A DNA stretch of 64,000 nucleotides from Spongospora subterranea f. sp. subterranea (GCA_049724395.1 JAUGWO010000045.1:1-64000), one strand, 5' to 3'; shown: positions 48,646-62,006, counted from the stretch's first letter. Notes: a model not told the origin generated them from the letters alone. Program-made: numbers and translations.

Positions 48646-49151
48646 ATGAAGTTCAATCCTCGTGAGTCCTATGCCGCTCCAAGGCACGAATTATCTAATC
48701 ATTCTGATCCGATGACGTATGTATTGTTTTTCAGTTGTCAGCTCTTCCCGCCGGAAATCACGTAAGGCGTATTTCACAGCCCATTCCGAGGCGCGCCGTG
48801 TAATTATGTCGGCCCCATTGTCCAAGGACCTTCGTAAGAAGTACAACGTCCGATCAATGCCGATTCGCAAGGGCGATGAAGTTCAGGTCGTTCGTGGGAC
48901 GTTCAAAGCTCGTGAAGGTGCCGTTCAACAGGTACTACCGTAAGAAATACGTGATTGAGATCAAGAACCTGGTTCGGGAGAAGGTCAATGGACAGTCGGT
49001 TTTCATCGGTGTCAACCCATCCAAATGCGTTATCACCAAGCTGGCGATGAACCGCGACCGTAAGGAAGCGTTGGAGCGCAAGAACCGTACCGTTAAGGAG
49101 TCCAAGAAGGGCAAGTTCACAGAAGCAGATGTCGCCATGAAATTGGATTAA
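48646..49151 (+). CDS. RPL26: 60S ribosomal protein L26 (uL24); one intron, one indel near 48933
   Basis: [54 protein letters not shown]...[15 protein letters not shown]; intron 48662-48734. Confidence 0.96.
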
Positions 49152-49155
49152 ACAT

Positions 49156-49345
49156 CACCTCAGCAATATATACGCGATTAAACAACAATCAACTAATTCA
49201 TCACATCTGTCGGAATTACAATCACGAAATGTGGTTTTCTGATTTCTCAAAAAACACCACCTCAGCAATATATACGCGATTAAACAACAATCCATAAATT
49301 CATCACATCTGTCGGAATTACAATCACGAAATGTGGTTTTCTGAT
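49156..49345. repeat. Direct duplication of ~88 bp immediately after the RPL26 stop
   Basis: cacctcagcaatatatacgcgattaaacaacaatc...gaaatgtggttttctgat occurs twice, about 101 bp apart. Confidence 0.9.
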
Positions 49346-49931
49346 GTCCTCAACTTTTTCAACTTGATTTCTCGTGCAATAATACATCAAAATCAGTTTT
49401 CAGGCTTGAAAGAGCGATCGATAAGTGTATTTGAAAATAAGGTGGAACGCTTGCCAAGTCTTCTTCTGCCTGCCCTGAACCCAGTCGATAAAAGCATTCG
49501 CGCTCTGATTCTCCTCATATCGAAGTTGCTCTCCAGGTGGTGGTCTCCTAGGCCAGAGACGCACATCAATCAATGGTGAGATATTATCATCGGGTCAGGA
49601 CAACAGCCAACAGAGTATCTTGACACAGTCAGCCAAGGAAGCGATGACCAATGGTGGGGTATCGTGTCCCAGGTAACCCAATGACGCACAGCCCAACTGT
49701 GCACGTCATGACATGACCGACAGTATAGGTATATGTTACGAGTCCCATGATCACAGTGACTGTTATCACGTTAACTGCATGCCCTGATCAATCATCTCCT
49801 CTCATATCATCATTATCCCTAAACACCTCTTTCCTATAACTCCTCACATTAACTCCTGTCTGCACTCTTGGATGCCATCCAGCTCGGTTCGAAACTGAAC
49901 GGAAGTTCTCTTGTGGTTCAGTTCGGTTTTG

Positions 49932-51655
49932 ATGATGGTTTCTGCCCTTTCTCTCATATTAGTTGGCGCCCTGGCCTTAACCGCAGGCTGGTGCCTCGTT
50001 TTTAACGACAGTCAAGGCGCTACGAAGTACGGCTGGGCTGTGCAGCCGCAGCAAATCCACCTGTCCTGGGCCGTCGACCACGACAATTGCATGATCATCA
50101 CCTGGAATACGCTCGAGACGACGCCCACGACTACCGCGATATTGTTTGAGAATGGGACAGGCCCCGCTATCCAAGCTAGCGGCTCGCAATCGCCGTTGAT
50201 TGAGAATGATGTGGTCTCCCCGCAAATGAGCGATATGGTTTGGTCAGCGTTGGCTATGGTCGGTCAGGTTAGATTCAGTGGGAAGAGGACCCAATATGTG
50301 CATAGGGTTAATGCATGTGGCCTGAAACACAGCACGGTAAGTTGAATGTGGTGCCACCAAACTCCAGTATAGATTATCTCGAGAACTCCATTTGCTTATA
50401 TTTCGGTTTATCTTGGAGTGTACATTTTGTTACTTAAGAGTCACATTCGCCAACCAATTTAACAAACACGTCTTATTGTGTTCATGTTTGAACTGAGTTG
50501 CTTGAAGTGATCACTATCTAATTCAAATCATTTTGTTGTGGTTTACACTGTCAAGAGCGCTAATATTGAGAGGAAATCTGTCTTCAGAGATATTCATATA
50601 AAGTTGGCGACTCAGAAAGCGGTTGGAGCTCCACTTACCAGTTCACTTTCAAGCGGCATGCCAGTTTAGACTCCCCATTGGCGTTCGCAGTTTATGGCGA
50701 TTTAGGTGACGCCAACTCCCGCTCCCTCGCTATGATACAAAATCGAATTGCACAAGGCTCCATCGACGCTGTTATTCACGTCGGCGATTGTCAGTCCTGA
50801 ACCTGTGTGTTTATGGATTAGCGTGTTCATTTCGCGATTTTCTTAGTCGCCTATGATCTGAATGATAATGGCGGTCGGGTTGGCGATGATTTCATGAACG
50901 ACATTCAACCGATATCAACGGCCGTCCCATATATGACCTGCCCAGGAAACCACGAATCCAATGAAGATTTCAACGATTATCGGGAACGATTTTCCAGGAG
51001 CTATTCCGACGATGATGAACCGAGAATGTGGTATTCTTTCAATGTGCACAATATTCATTTTATATCACTCTCGACCGAAGTGCTGTTCTTCGGAAGGCGG
51101 GAGGAGCAGCAAGCTCAGTACGAATGGCTGGAATCGGATCTAATTCGCGCCAACAGCAATCGCAATCAGCGTCCCTGGATTATTGCATTTGGGCATCGGC
51201 CCCCGTATTGTTCCAACAACAATGGCGACGATTGTTCGAAACAAGATTCAGTTGTCAGAAAGGGCATTGCCCAGTCTGATGGAAGACGATTGTTTGGATT
51301 CGAAGACCTTCTCGTGCAATATTCGGTAGATTTGGCAATTTGGGCTCATGAGCATGACTATGAGCGCCTGTTTCCTATGGCGGATTTTGAACTAAGGAAG
51401 GGCGAGGACGACCCCTATAGGAATCCAATGGGGCCGGTTCATGTCGTAACTGGAAGCGCTGGCTGTAAAGAGGATCACGATGGGTTCGTGTTCCCTCAAC
51501 CGAGTTGGAGCGCCGTTCGATTCGCCGATTACGGGTTCAGCTTGATGCGGGTTCATAACGATTCCCATTTAGAGTGGGAACAGTTCTCAATCGATCGCGG
51601 CGGCATCGTTGCCGATCACTTCTGGTTGGTTCAGACACGAGGTCGCCAGAAATGA
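49932..51655 (+). CDS. Purple acid phosphatase (ACP7/PAPL-type), secreted or membrane-anchored, multi-exon
   Basis: Hydrophobic N-terminus, QPQQIHLS, and metal motifs GDLG, GD.AYD, GNHE, FGHRP, AHEH; GSAGC. Confidence 0.92.
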
Positions 51656-51833
51656 TAATTGCAAATCATGATCAAATAGTTCTCTGGAGAGAAGTTCAAT
51701 AAATATGTAATGAAGAGTCGAAATCATCATGGAAACCCAACAGCAGGGCGGAGAAACAGAGAGATATACAGAGTTTAGGCGAGTTTTGATTTGATCAAGT
51801 GGAGTCACTATAAGAGCAACTGTTTTGAGTATT

Positions 51834-53573
51834 TTATGATCTCTTAACATTGCTAATATGGAGTTGTAATCGCTTTTGTGATTGATCGAGGATCGATGTT
51901 GATGCAGTTTTGCACATGACCCAATCCGTGCTCAGAAATGCCTCAATGCTCATTCGTGCATTAGGATCTGCTCGTAACAGCTGTGTTATGATGTCTTGTG
52001 CTGAACCACCACGACAAGTATATCACTTCAGGCGAATCGTCAAAACAACAAAACACTCTCAACAGAAACTGAGCAAATACACAATCATTGTGAAATTGAG
52101 GAGATGAACTGATAGAGGTTTTGATATGGCCCATTGTAGAGGAGAATGTTATAATGGTCCGACCTTCGTGGGAAATGGACCTCCATTCGGGTTCAGAGAA
52201 ATCATATCGCCCTTTACAGATATTATCGATCAGCACCGGCTCTGTGGCGTCTCCGAACACGTCAAAAGCTGAATACAATCCGAATGAGTTCGAAAGGATG
52301 AGAAATTGGGGAATAAACCACAGACGATGAAATCCAGAGAGCATTATGAACATGAGCACTCCAAGAGCCCAGTTATCCACCTTCTCTGAATATGCTTTCC
52401 TGCTAAAGACCTGATTGACCCAGACCGAGGTGATGGTGAGAGGATGATGGCGATAATCTATCGGGGGTTGACCAACCTCAGGTGCACAATACGCCCATGT
52501 ACCAATAACCGTATTCATCATTCCTTGAGGGGAATTAACGAACTTCGACAGACCGAAATCCACCACCTTCAACGGTGAGTCGGGGTCTGAGCTCATCAAC
52601 AACAGGTTCTCAGGTTTCAAATCCCTGAAATAATCACAACAGATCACCAAATGAAATCAGGTCGTTAATGGCAAAGTTTGCCAAAGTAGTCAAAATGAAG
52701 TTGTCGATGGGGTGAACCCAATTTCGGAGACGATCAATGTTATAATCTGACCTATGAGCGATCTTCATCATGTGCATATGCTGAATAGCCGAGGCCAATT
52801 GTCTTAACAGCTTAGACGCCATTGCCTCTGAATAACTCCCTTCCTGGACAATTCGACTGAACAGATCTCCTCCCCGACAATATTCCATCACGATATAGAA
52901 CACATTGCCGTCCTCGAAGAAGTCGTGTAATTGCACCACATTTGGATGAGCACCAACCTCAACAAACGATCAGATCTCATCTAGTTCACCAATATTCTAA
53001 CGAATCACCAACTTTTCGCAATTGCCGAACTTCTTCTTGAACTAACGACTGGTTTTTCAACGACGATTTCATCATGATCTTTAATGCAAACTCTGAATCA
53101 ATCATCGTCTGAAAACTGCATTGTTTGCGAAACTGATTGGATTATCAGAGATGACCTTTTCCCGTTGATTTCTCTCGACATAATTTCACAACTCCAAAAC
53201 AGCCGCGCCCGAGTTCATTACCAACTTCATATCGTTCATCAACTCGTCGTTTATCGATCGTGACCGGTGCCTCAATCGCATTAGAGGATTTGAACTGGGG
53301 ATTAACAGGCACTTTCACCTCCTCTCTATCTTTTTCTTTGGCCGCGTCCACCTGAACAATGACCTGCTTTAGTTCAGTTCCGGCTTTAATCCCATCGGTT
53401 TCCTCGTCGTCGTTTTTATTATCGATATGTTCGTGTTTATCGTTGTTAATAATAACGGGATCGAGCTGATTCACAGGTTGATTAAGAGGTTTATCTACAA
53501 TGGGCGATTGTTGTGGTGGAGTAGTGGGCAGAGAGGATGGGGATTGATCCTGTTTACTACTGCAAATACCCAT
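51834..53573 (-). CDS. CAMK-group Ser/Thr kinase with N-myristoylation/palmitoylation motif, copy 1
   Basis: MGICSSK; GRGCFGVV, FALK, HR|DLKPEN, DFG, GTWAYCAPE, DNWALG; several short introns; stop 51834-51836. Confidence 0.9.
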
Positions 53574-54161
53574 AATATTGATGGAGAATTGAGTTTAATT
53601 AAATCATCCGATATCACAGGAAGGAGGGGATCAGCGCGTGCCCATTCTGGGTCCTTCGAATTTGTTATTGTGAATATAATCAATCTCGCAAATGGGTAGC
53701 CAGCTTCTAAATTTGTGCGGCGAGGCTCTTCCATGAGCGATCGAAATTGGATTCCAACGCCTGACCGGGATTGACCCAGTTTGTGCCCAGGAAGGCTTAT
53801 ACACCTGTTTTTTTATGTTCTTCATACCAAACAATAATTGCCCATATCCGCTTTCGATATCACAAAGGTCACTAATCGTAATACACACTTTCAGTTTGGT
53901 ACTGAGATAGTTTGTGTCAACAGACTTTAGGCCCTAACTTCCTATAGATTCATAATATTTATTGATTGACGACCTGTTCGATCTGTTCTTTTTCAAACTG
54001 CAGTTTATTTCTCGCTGGCACAGTTCCTGCTAATTACCTCGTCACTCTATGTGGTTCAGCCCCCGATTCCCTTAATCTATATCTGTATCTCCCCAATCTA
54101 AAAGCTCTTCGCCGTTGTTCAGCCCTGTCAACATAATCTCTCAAATCGATCGTGGACGTCA

Positions 54162-55853
54162 ATGGCACCTAGGTCGTTATCTCAAGCTCTGGAAATCATC
54201 GCTCGGCAAGACCAGGACCTGGTTCAGCTCCGCGCTCATTGCCGTCAACTTGAGACGAAAATCAGCAAGTTCGGACAACCCGGTCATGAACCACATCGAG
54301 AAATCCACAAAGAATTCCTGGCTCGAGACAGTGAATTAGGAAGTCATGATCCTGATTCCAGCGCCCTGATTCGTGCTGCGTCTTTGGGCATTGTCACTTT
54401 AGTTGCCGTTGATTTTGTTCGCGATCGCAACGGGGCCGTGGCTGGCGAGTTCTCGTCACTGATGATCTGGGGTTTCAGACAGCTTCCATTGGTGTTATCG
54501 ATATGGTTTACCATGAATCTGGTGGCGATATCTGTCGTTCCTGCGTTCGCCCTCTGGTTTTCCAGCCGAATATCGTCACCAGTCCATCTTGGCGCCAATC
54601 TGGCCCTCCAATTCCTGCTATGGATCGGATCTAGTCTATTCATCTTGCTGGTCAACCTGGCGCCACCATGTGCCCTCATTGTCATGACCGAGGTAAACCG
54701 CCTCAATTGTTCGCTGTATTGTCTGTCCACCACCGCTGGAGCTAATCATATTTCTTGGGTCATATTAGACGGTCAGGTTATCGATGAAGATGTACGCCTT
54801 CATGGTTGAGACCCGGCGATACGCCATCTTATCGCCAGACCAGATCGCCAACAAGGAATTACACCTTGAACTTTTATCAGATAATCTAGGGCTATTCCAA
54901 CACTATCTGTATTTTTTATTCGCTCCAACTCTCGTTTACAGGTATTTTAGCTGCTCTTAGTACGATTTCTCGTCTGGCCGACAACGTCAATATGATTCTA
55001 CTGAGGTGACATTTGTGCCTGATCAGGAACACATATCCTCGAACGAGCGATACGAATTGGTGTCGAGTGGCCAGCCATATATCACATCTGGTAATCGGGA
55101 TCGTGTTGACCGGGTATATATTCTGCTCGACGTTCCTGCAAGAACCGGGCTGGCATAGCTGGAGCTCGGTTATGATCTCAGTTCTGTCTGCCATGATTCC
55201 AGGTATGGCGCTTATGATCTTGGCGTTTTTCGCCATCCTCCACAGCTGGTTTAACGCCTTCGCCGAGATATTACGATTTGCCGATCGTCAATTCTATTTG
55301 AGGTAAAACTCCTATAAACAATGTTTGGAGTAATCATTGAACGATACTCAAAGATGGTGGACGGCGCGATCGTATTCATCATTTTATCGGCAATGGAATA
55401 AGGTCGTCGGTGACTGGATTCACGCCTATATCTATTCGGATTTGAAGAAGATTGGAGTGGGTCAAACCAAAGCGATGATCTACTCCTTCATAATTTCGGC
55501 CATTGTTCATGAATACATCATCGCAATGTCGCTCAGGTTCTGCTATCCGGTGATGTTTGTAATGTTCGCTGGATTCGGGACTGCCTTCATTTTCTTCACC
55601 AACAACATCAGGCGCAATTCTGTTGGGTGGAATTGGTTCGCGGTCATTATAATCGTGATCCACTGTCTCACAATTGTTTAGGTTCTTATGGTCGACGTTA
55701 TTCTTCGGAAATGGCCTAATTTTGATGCTGTATTCAGCAGAATACATAGCACGTTCATCAAGGATCATGAACCAGTACAATATCGATCAATCATCATGGA
55801 TTCCGTACTCGTGGCAGATATTTCTACAGCATCAACAATACCACGTTTTCTGA
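54162..55853 (+). CDS. Sterol O-acyltransferase (SOAT/ACAT, MBOAT family), multi-exon
   Basis: HSWFNAFAEILRFADRQFY..WW..FYRQWNKVVGDWIHAYIY, SAIVHEY (catalytic His); last exon FLWSTLFFGNG..LYSAEY. Confidence 0.9.
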
Positions 55854-55944
55854 CCCGAACAAATCCAACTGTCAGATCGCCAAGGAAACAAGCTATGATT
55901 GCAATGTGTTAGATAATAGTTGTAATTAGAGATGATGTTGTAGT

Positions 55945-56383
55945 TTAAGTGATCGGCAATGGAAACTTTCGTCTGCATTTGTTATCGACAGGATCTACCG
56001 TATAAAATTCATCAGCTACATCTCCATCGCTATCATATATACGATTATCGGGTACGCCTTGAGCACCGCTCTGATGGAGCGGATCTTCGCTTACAACATG
56101 CTCCACAATATTCTTGGGTTTTCGCCTACGGCGCTTCCTGTGACTAATGACACATATTTAGACAAGAACAAGTTTCAACATTTGAGTCGAACCTATGTTC
56201 AGGATCATATCCATCATTACTACCGTCTTGGCAATCTGGGTTACCAGACAACGCTGATGTTGCCCGATTAATACCATCATAGATGTGTTTCCGGAGCTTA
56301 TCGAATGCGCCCAGATTGCAGTTCTCTTTATCAGATGAGGCTACCGGGTCTGGTGAAAGCGGTGCCGATGAGCCATTGCCCAT
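55945..56383 (-). CDS. Small myristoylation-motif protein, TUSC2/Fus1-like, 2 exons
   Basis: MGNGSS start. A ~55-nt phase-2 intron joins EHR|KRRRRK. Exon 2 carries IYDSDGDVADEFY, resembling the TUSC2 core YDEDGDLAHEFY. Confidence 0.5.
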
Positions 56384-56539
56384 GGGTGCCGGGGCTGGCC
56401 TTGGCTGAGCCTGCCCCTGACAATCAGCGACTGGTTCTGCTAGGATGTCGGGGGGCTCCTTATCAGACCACCTCCTCACCAGTTAACGCGCGGTGGTTAT
56501 CGCGGAGTGGCGATTGTGATGTGAATGGCGGTGATCGGT

Positions 56540-56566
56540 AGAGAGAGAGAGAGACAGAGACAGACA
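56540..56566. repeat. (GA)n / GACA microsatellite
   Basis: agagagagagagagacagagacagaca. Confidence 0.8.
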
Positions 56567-57656
56567 GGGGAAGGGGGGTAGTGAACCTGGTCAATGAGTA
56601 ATGACAGAGATAACGGGTGGCGGTAGAATAGGGGGAGTACATAGGGCCTTGTCACCCCCATTAGGTTACTATTAAACGGTCACTTTGAGGGAAAGGGTGT
56701 CGGGAGGTAGATATGATCCCGGGGGCGTTTCAGAAAAATAGTCAAAATACCGGAACAATGTTGACGATCGCTTTCGAAACCAAGTACCTATTTCCGGGGA
56801 GTAGGATTTTAATGGACTGTATACCAGACGATCCACATCGATAATTGCGATTTACCATGTTTTTTCAGTGGAGGTATCTCAAATAATTGCAGTTGATGAC
56901 TCGTATTTATCCCGATCATTCATCGATATGATTTAATACATTAACATCATCCCTTATTCGCACTGATCATTATCATCGCAAATGCTGCAACCATTTACCA
57001 TAGACAAAGGAGGTGTCATGGTTGATAAAAAGACGCGCTCCGAGGAATCAACACGATTGCTGAAAAGGAGAATCGGCTGTGTCCATACTCCTATTACCGA
57101 CGACTGGATGCGATCTTCGGCACCAAGAAAAACGTCCAGCCCTCGGTCATGGCTGAAATTGGAGTTGGCGATGTATTTACAGTAAATACTGATTTTCAAC
57201 AATTCACGTATTCTCTCCAAGAAAACACCCGACACGAAGCTACAGCTGATAATTATCCGGATCCTTGTTAGATGAGAAGAATGATTGGAATGAGCGTGCC
57301 CCTGCCCTAGATAATTATCGTTGGAACCCTCCTTCCAGATCAAGGCGCTGGAACAGGAACAATGAACACGTTCCCCATCTCAGATTCTCCATCGGGTCGT
57401 TGTATGCAATTTCAATGTCCTCATATTCTCCTTTTCTTATATATAATTACATCCTGTGTCAACTGGTTCCATATCCGTCATAACCTCGATCAATTTCTGC
57501 ATCTGTGGACATGCTTGCGCTCTAGCAATGCCCAATACGACTACCGGAATTGCATATCTGGTAATCTTGCTATGCTTGTGAAATTGATATGACTTCGCAA
57601 CATCGTCCTGTCCTTTTGACACCCATTCCGGAATAATCAAAACAAATGCCTTGATT

Positions 57657-58130
57657 ATTCATCAATAAATTGATTGATGCCCCTCGAAGATATTTGGTCA
57701 TCAAATGAATGTTTCTTTTCATTTTAACTTCTCAAAAATGGCATTGCAAGAATCAGATTGACCTGTCTCAAGCATTTATCCAGAATTTGCGGATTCAACA
57801 AATGTTGGGTTCTTCTGGGGTGCAGTGCAGATGGAGTGAACAGATAAGATGCTCAAGCCCTTCAGGGAATGACATGCCTTATCATCAATGTCATCCTCCT
57901 AATGGCCAGTGCAGTCTTGAAGTCGTTTTACTCGACCCAGCAGACAATCACCATTTTTTGCTCAAAAGACTCTGAGCAAGATAATGAAATATGGATAAGA
58001 AAACCTCCCTCTGCCAAACCCTCGTCGTGGATTAGTATTTTGAAAATTTACTGCACCCCAACAAACCCGAATCTTGTTGACCTTTTGAAAGAGGCATCTT
58101 CGAGGGGCATCAATCAATTCATTGATGAAT
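57657..58130. repeat. 35-bp inverted repeat (1 mismatch) around ~400 bp, with weaker similarity extending outward
   Basis: attcatcaataaattgattgatgcccctcgaagat (57657-57691) versus atcttcgaggggcatcaatcaattcattgatgaat (58096-58130). Confidence 0.85.
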
Positions 58131-58555
58131 TCATCAACGCCAGTCAGTAATACCTTGATACAAAGCATTCGCTACCATTTCAAAATGGATTGTTCAGAAA
58201 GCACAAGCCGAGTTAGTCTTTGACATCACGGCTAATAAATGGAAGAAGCAGAAGGCGTTTTGGAGTCAACACCCTCCAAAGCAAAGGTCGAAACCAAAGG
58301 ACCTGGTGAGGTGTGGACTGTGGAAGGAGGCCTCTCCCTCAGTCAGACTGTCATAGAACCCGTAGGCGGATTGTACACGAGGGCCGCGCCCCCACTTCTA
58401 CAATCCCCCTCTCCACAGTGAAGTTTTCGGTCGTCAATAGAACATCGTCACTTCTGTTTTGATGAGACAGTCGTCGCGCTGAGCACAAGATCAACGGCCG
58501 AGTTCTCTCGAGGAACAGTGCTCTAGCGAAATATTAATACAGGGAAGAGTGAGAA

Positions 58556-59664
58556 ATGACGGATGAAAGCGTCCAGGCAATTGCCGCTCATTATGACGAA
58601 ACGGCGTTAGCTGGGCATGGACGTAATCAAAGATCAAAGGTATTAATTTTGCCTAGCTCATTAAAAGTTGTTAGTGATACACGACTAGTTAGGCAGACTG
58701 TGTTCTATTAAGAAAACTGAATAATTGGGTTAAATTGGTTCAAATTCAATCGTATGTTTATCCGGGAGATTGCATTTTGGATTTATGCTGTGGAAAAGGT
58801 GGCGATATTGGAAAGTATGATAAGAGACCTATCGGGTTGGTGATTTTGACTTTTTCTTTGTGCAACACATTGATCATGGCACTCAGGTACTATGTCGGCT
58901 GTGATATATCCTCCGAGTCAGTTCGAGAAGCAGTGAATCGGTACAATCATGCCAGGGCCGATTTCGGGGCTATTCTGATGTGCGGGGATTGCTTTGGACC
59001 AAACTTGATCCCTAGTGTCCCTGCAGAAATCAGGTTCAACGCTGTTGGCTGTCAGTTTTCTCTGCATTACGCATTTGAGAACGAATCACGCGCTCGGCAA
59101 ATGCTTAGCAATGTCTCCAAACGATTAAATGCTGGTGGGCATTTTTATGGTACCTGTCCCGACGCCAACGGCATTGTCAGTCGTATGAGAGAGAAGAATC
59201 GTGTTGACCCGGAATCGATTTCGTTTGGCAACGACTACTTCAAAATCAGCATTGACAAACCAGGCGCTTTTGACAAAGGGAAGATTCTGAAATCAAACCC
59301 ATTTGGGCACCGTTATATGTTTCATTTGAATGATTCGATCAATTCTTGCTACGAATGGCTTGTTCCAAAGCATACGCTGGTCACTTTGGCTGCAGAGGTG
59401 GGGCTTGAATTGCAGTCGTGGATGAATCTGCATCAGTTCTTTGTCAAGTATTCTTCGCAAAATGACTATCCGGAATATTTCCGGTTGCTGCAAAAGATGA
59501 GCATCGGTGGGAATCGCCACGGTGTGATCCCTTTTCAGCAGTTTGAAGTCTCCAGTTTATACGTCGCATTTACTTTTAAGAAGGCGGGAGCTGTGGATCG
59601 CAACCACAGACCATATCGAAGAGGACGCCAACCAGTGGATCCTAATGAAATTTTATTTATTTAA
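58556..59664 (+). CDS. RNMT: mRNA cap guanine-N7 methyltransferase (Abd1/RNMT)
   Basis: IAAHYD, LRKLNNWVK, ILDLCCGKGGD, YVGCDIS, CQFSLHYAFE, FYGTCPD, EWLV, LYVAFTFKK; two introns. Confidence 0.93.
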
Positions 59665-59936
59665 TGACAAAAGTCTTTTTAGTCAAGTTAAGTGTACTAC
59701 AATGAATAACTGAAACATGGCGAACTCGAAAGAAAATAAGCTCAATTATTGTATTTTATGAAGATTACTGAAGTACTGTAGTACAGATTTGTAAATCTGG
59801 AAACATTAGTAGTTTAGACGCGAAATAGGATGAATTTTGAGGCATTGTTCAACCACTTCCAGTTCACAATTGGGTCAATACTGGTCAGGGTTTGGAACCC
59901 AACCTCGAACGCTCAGACTGGTTATATCCAATTACG

Positions 59937-61765
59937 ATTCGAAGGACCCAGAATGGGCACGCGCTGATCCCCTCCTTCCTGTGATATCGGATGATTTAAT
60001 TAAACTCAATTCTCCATCAATATTATGGGTATTTGCAGTAGTAAACAGGATCAATCCCCATCCTCTCTGCCCACTACTCCACCACAACATTCGCCCATTG
60101 TAGATAAACCTCTTAATCAACCTGTGAATCAGCTCGATCCCGTTATTATTAACAACGATAAACACGAACATATCGATAATAAAAACGACGACGAGGAAAC
60201 CGATGGGATTAAAGCCGGAACTGAACTAAAGCAGGTCATTGTTCAGGTGGACGCGGCCAAAGAAAAAGATAGAGAGGAGGTGAAAGTGCCTGTTAATCCC
60301 CAGTTCAAATCCTCTAATGCGATTGAGGCACCGGTCACGATCGATAAACGACGAGTTGATGAACGATATGAAGTTGGTAATGAACTCGGGCGCGGCTGTT
60401 TTGGAGTTGTGAAATTATGTCGAGAGAAATCAACGGGAAAAGGTCATCTCTGATAATCCAATCAGTTTCGCAAACAATGCAGTTTTCAGACGATGATTGA
60501 TTCAGAGTTTGCATTAAAGATCATGATGAAATCGTCGTTGAAAAACCAGTCGTTAGTTCAAGAAGAAGTTCGGCAATTGCGAAAAGTTGGTGATTCGTTA
60601 GAATATTGGTGAACTAGATGAGATCTGATCGTTTGTTGAGGTTGGTGCTCATCCAAATGTGGTGCAATTACACGACTTCTTTGAGGACGGCAATGTGTTC
60701 TATATCGTGATGGAATATTGTCGGGGAGGAGATCTGTTCAGTCGGATTGTCCAGGAAGGGAGTTATTCAGAGGCAATGGCGTCTAAGCTGTTAAGACAAT
60801 TGGCCTCGGCTATTCAGCATATGCACATGATGAAGATCGCTCATAGGTCAGATCATAACATTGATCGTCTCCGAAATTGGGTTCACCCCATCGACAACTT
60901 CATTTTGACTACTTTGGCAAACTCTGCCGTTAACGACCTGATTTCATTTGGTGATCTGTTGTGATTATTTCAGGGATTTAAAACCTGAGAACCTGTTGTT
61001 GATGAGCTCAGACCCCGACTCACCGTTGAAGGTGGTGGATTTCGGTCTGTCGAAGTTCGTTAATTCCCCTCAAGGAATGATGAATACGGTTATTGGTACA
61101 TGGGCGTATTGTGCACCTGAGGTTGGTCAACCCCCGATAGATTATCGCCATCATCCTCTCACCATCACCTCGGTCTGGGTCAATCAGGTCTTTAGCAGGA
61201 AAGCATATTCAGAGAAGGTGGATAACTGGGCTCTTGGAGTGCTCATGTTCATAATGCTCTCTGGATTTCATCGTCTGTGGTTTATTCCCCAATTTCTCAT
61301 CCTTTCGAACTCATTCGGATTGTATTCAGCTTTTGACGTGTTCGGAGACGCCACAGAGCCGGTGCTGATCGATAATATTTGTAAAGGGCGATATGATTTC
61401 TCTGAACCCGAATGGAGGTCCATTTCCCACGAAGGTCGGACCATTATGACATTCTCCTCTACAATGGGCCATATCAAAACCTCTATCAGTTCATCTCCTC
61501 AATTTCACGATGATTGTGTATTTGCTCATTTTCTGTTGAGAGTCTTTTGTTGTTTTGCCGATTCGCCTAAAGTGATATACTTATCGTGGTGGTTCAGCAC
61601 AAGATATCATAACACAGCTGTTACGAGCAGATCCTAATGCACGAATGAGCATTGAGGCATTTCTGAGCACGGATTGGGTCATGTGCAAAACTGCATCAAC
61701 ATCGATCCTCGATCAATCACAAAAGCGATTACAACTCCATATTAGCAATGTTAAGAGATCATAAA
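59937..61765. repeat. Right arm of a ~1.83-kb near-identical inverted duplication (left arm 51833-53661)
   Basis: Mirror-image ORF sets. Homology starts 88 bp before the kinase ATG and ends at the stop codon. Confidence 0.96.
60025..61764 (+). CDS. CAMK-group Ser/Thr kinase with N-myristoylation motif, copy 2
   Basis: Same exons and motifs as 51834-53573; PPQHSP versus PPQQSP; ends LHISNVKRS*. Confidence 0.9.
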
Positions 61766-61918
61766 TTATCTACCACTGTAACTGTTACCCAGCCCATGTA
61801 CTGTGTAGACCGTCATTGAATTATTCCAGAAGGCTGCGCAAAGTCCGGGACACCGAGACCATAATATGGTTTGTCTGATCTTTCAGACAGTTGTTCCAGG
61901 TTGTTCCTGTATTCGGTA

Positions 61919-62006
61919 GAGTCTGGTCTCGTGACTTACCTGAGGGTTGCATCTGTCGGTTGAGTCTAATCTCGTGACTTGGGTTGCAGCTGTCGGTTGA
62001 GTCTGG
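61919..62006. repeat. Short tandem repeat, ~37-43 bp unit, 2 copies
   Basis: gagtct..tctcgtgactt(acctga)gggttgca.ctgtcggtt repeated. Confidence 0.75.

Noticed and set aside
49156..49345. Pair of C/D-box snoRNAs (GTGATGA and CTGA on the minus strand)
   Set aside because: The boxes are only ~45 nt apart with no clear terminal stem or rRNA guide; a 3' UTR duplication is sufficient.
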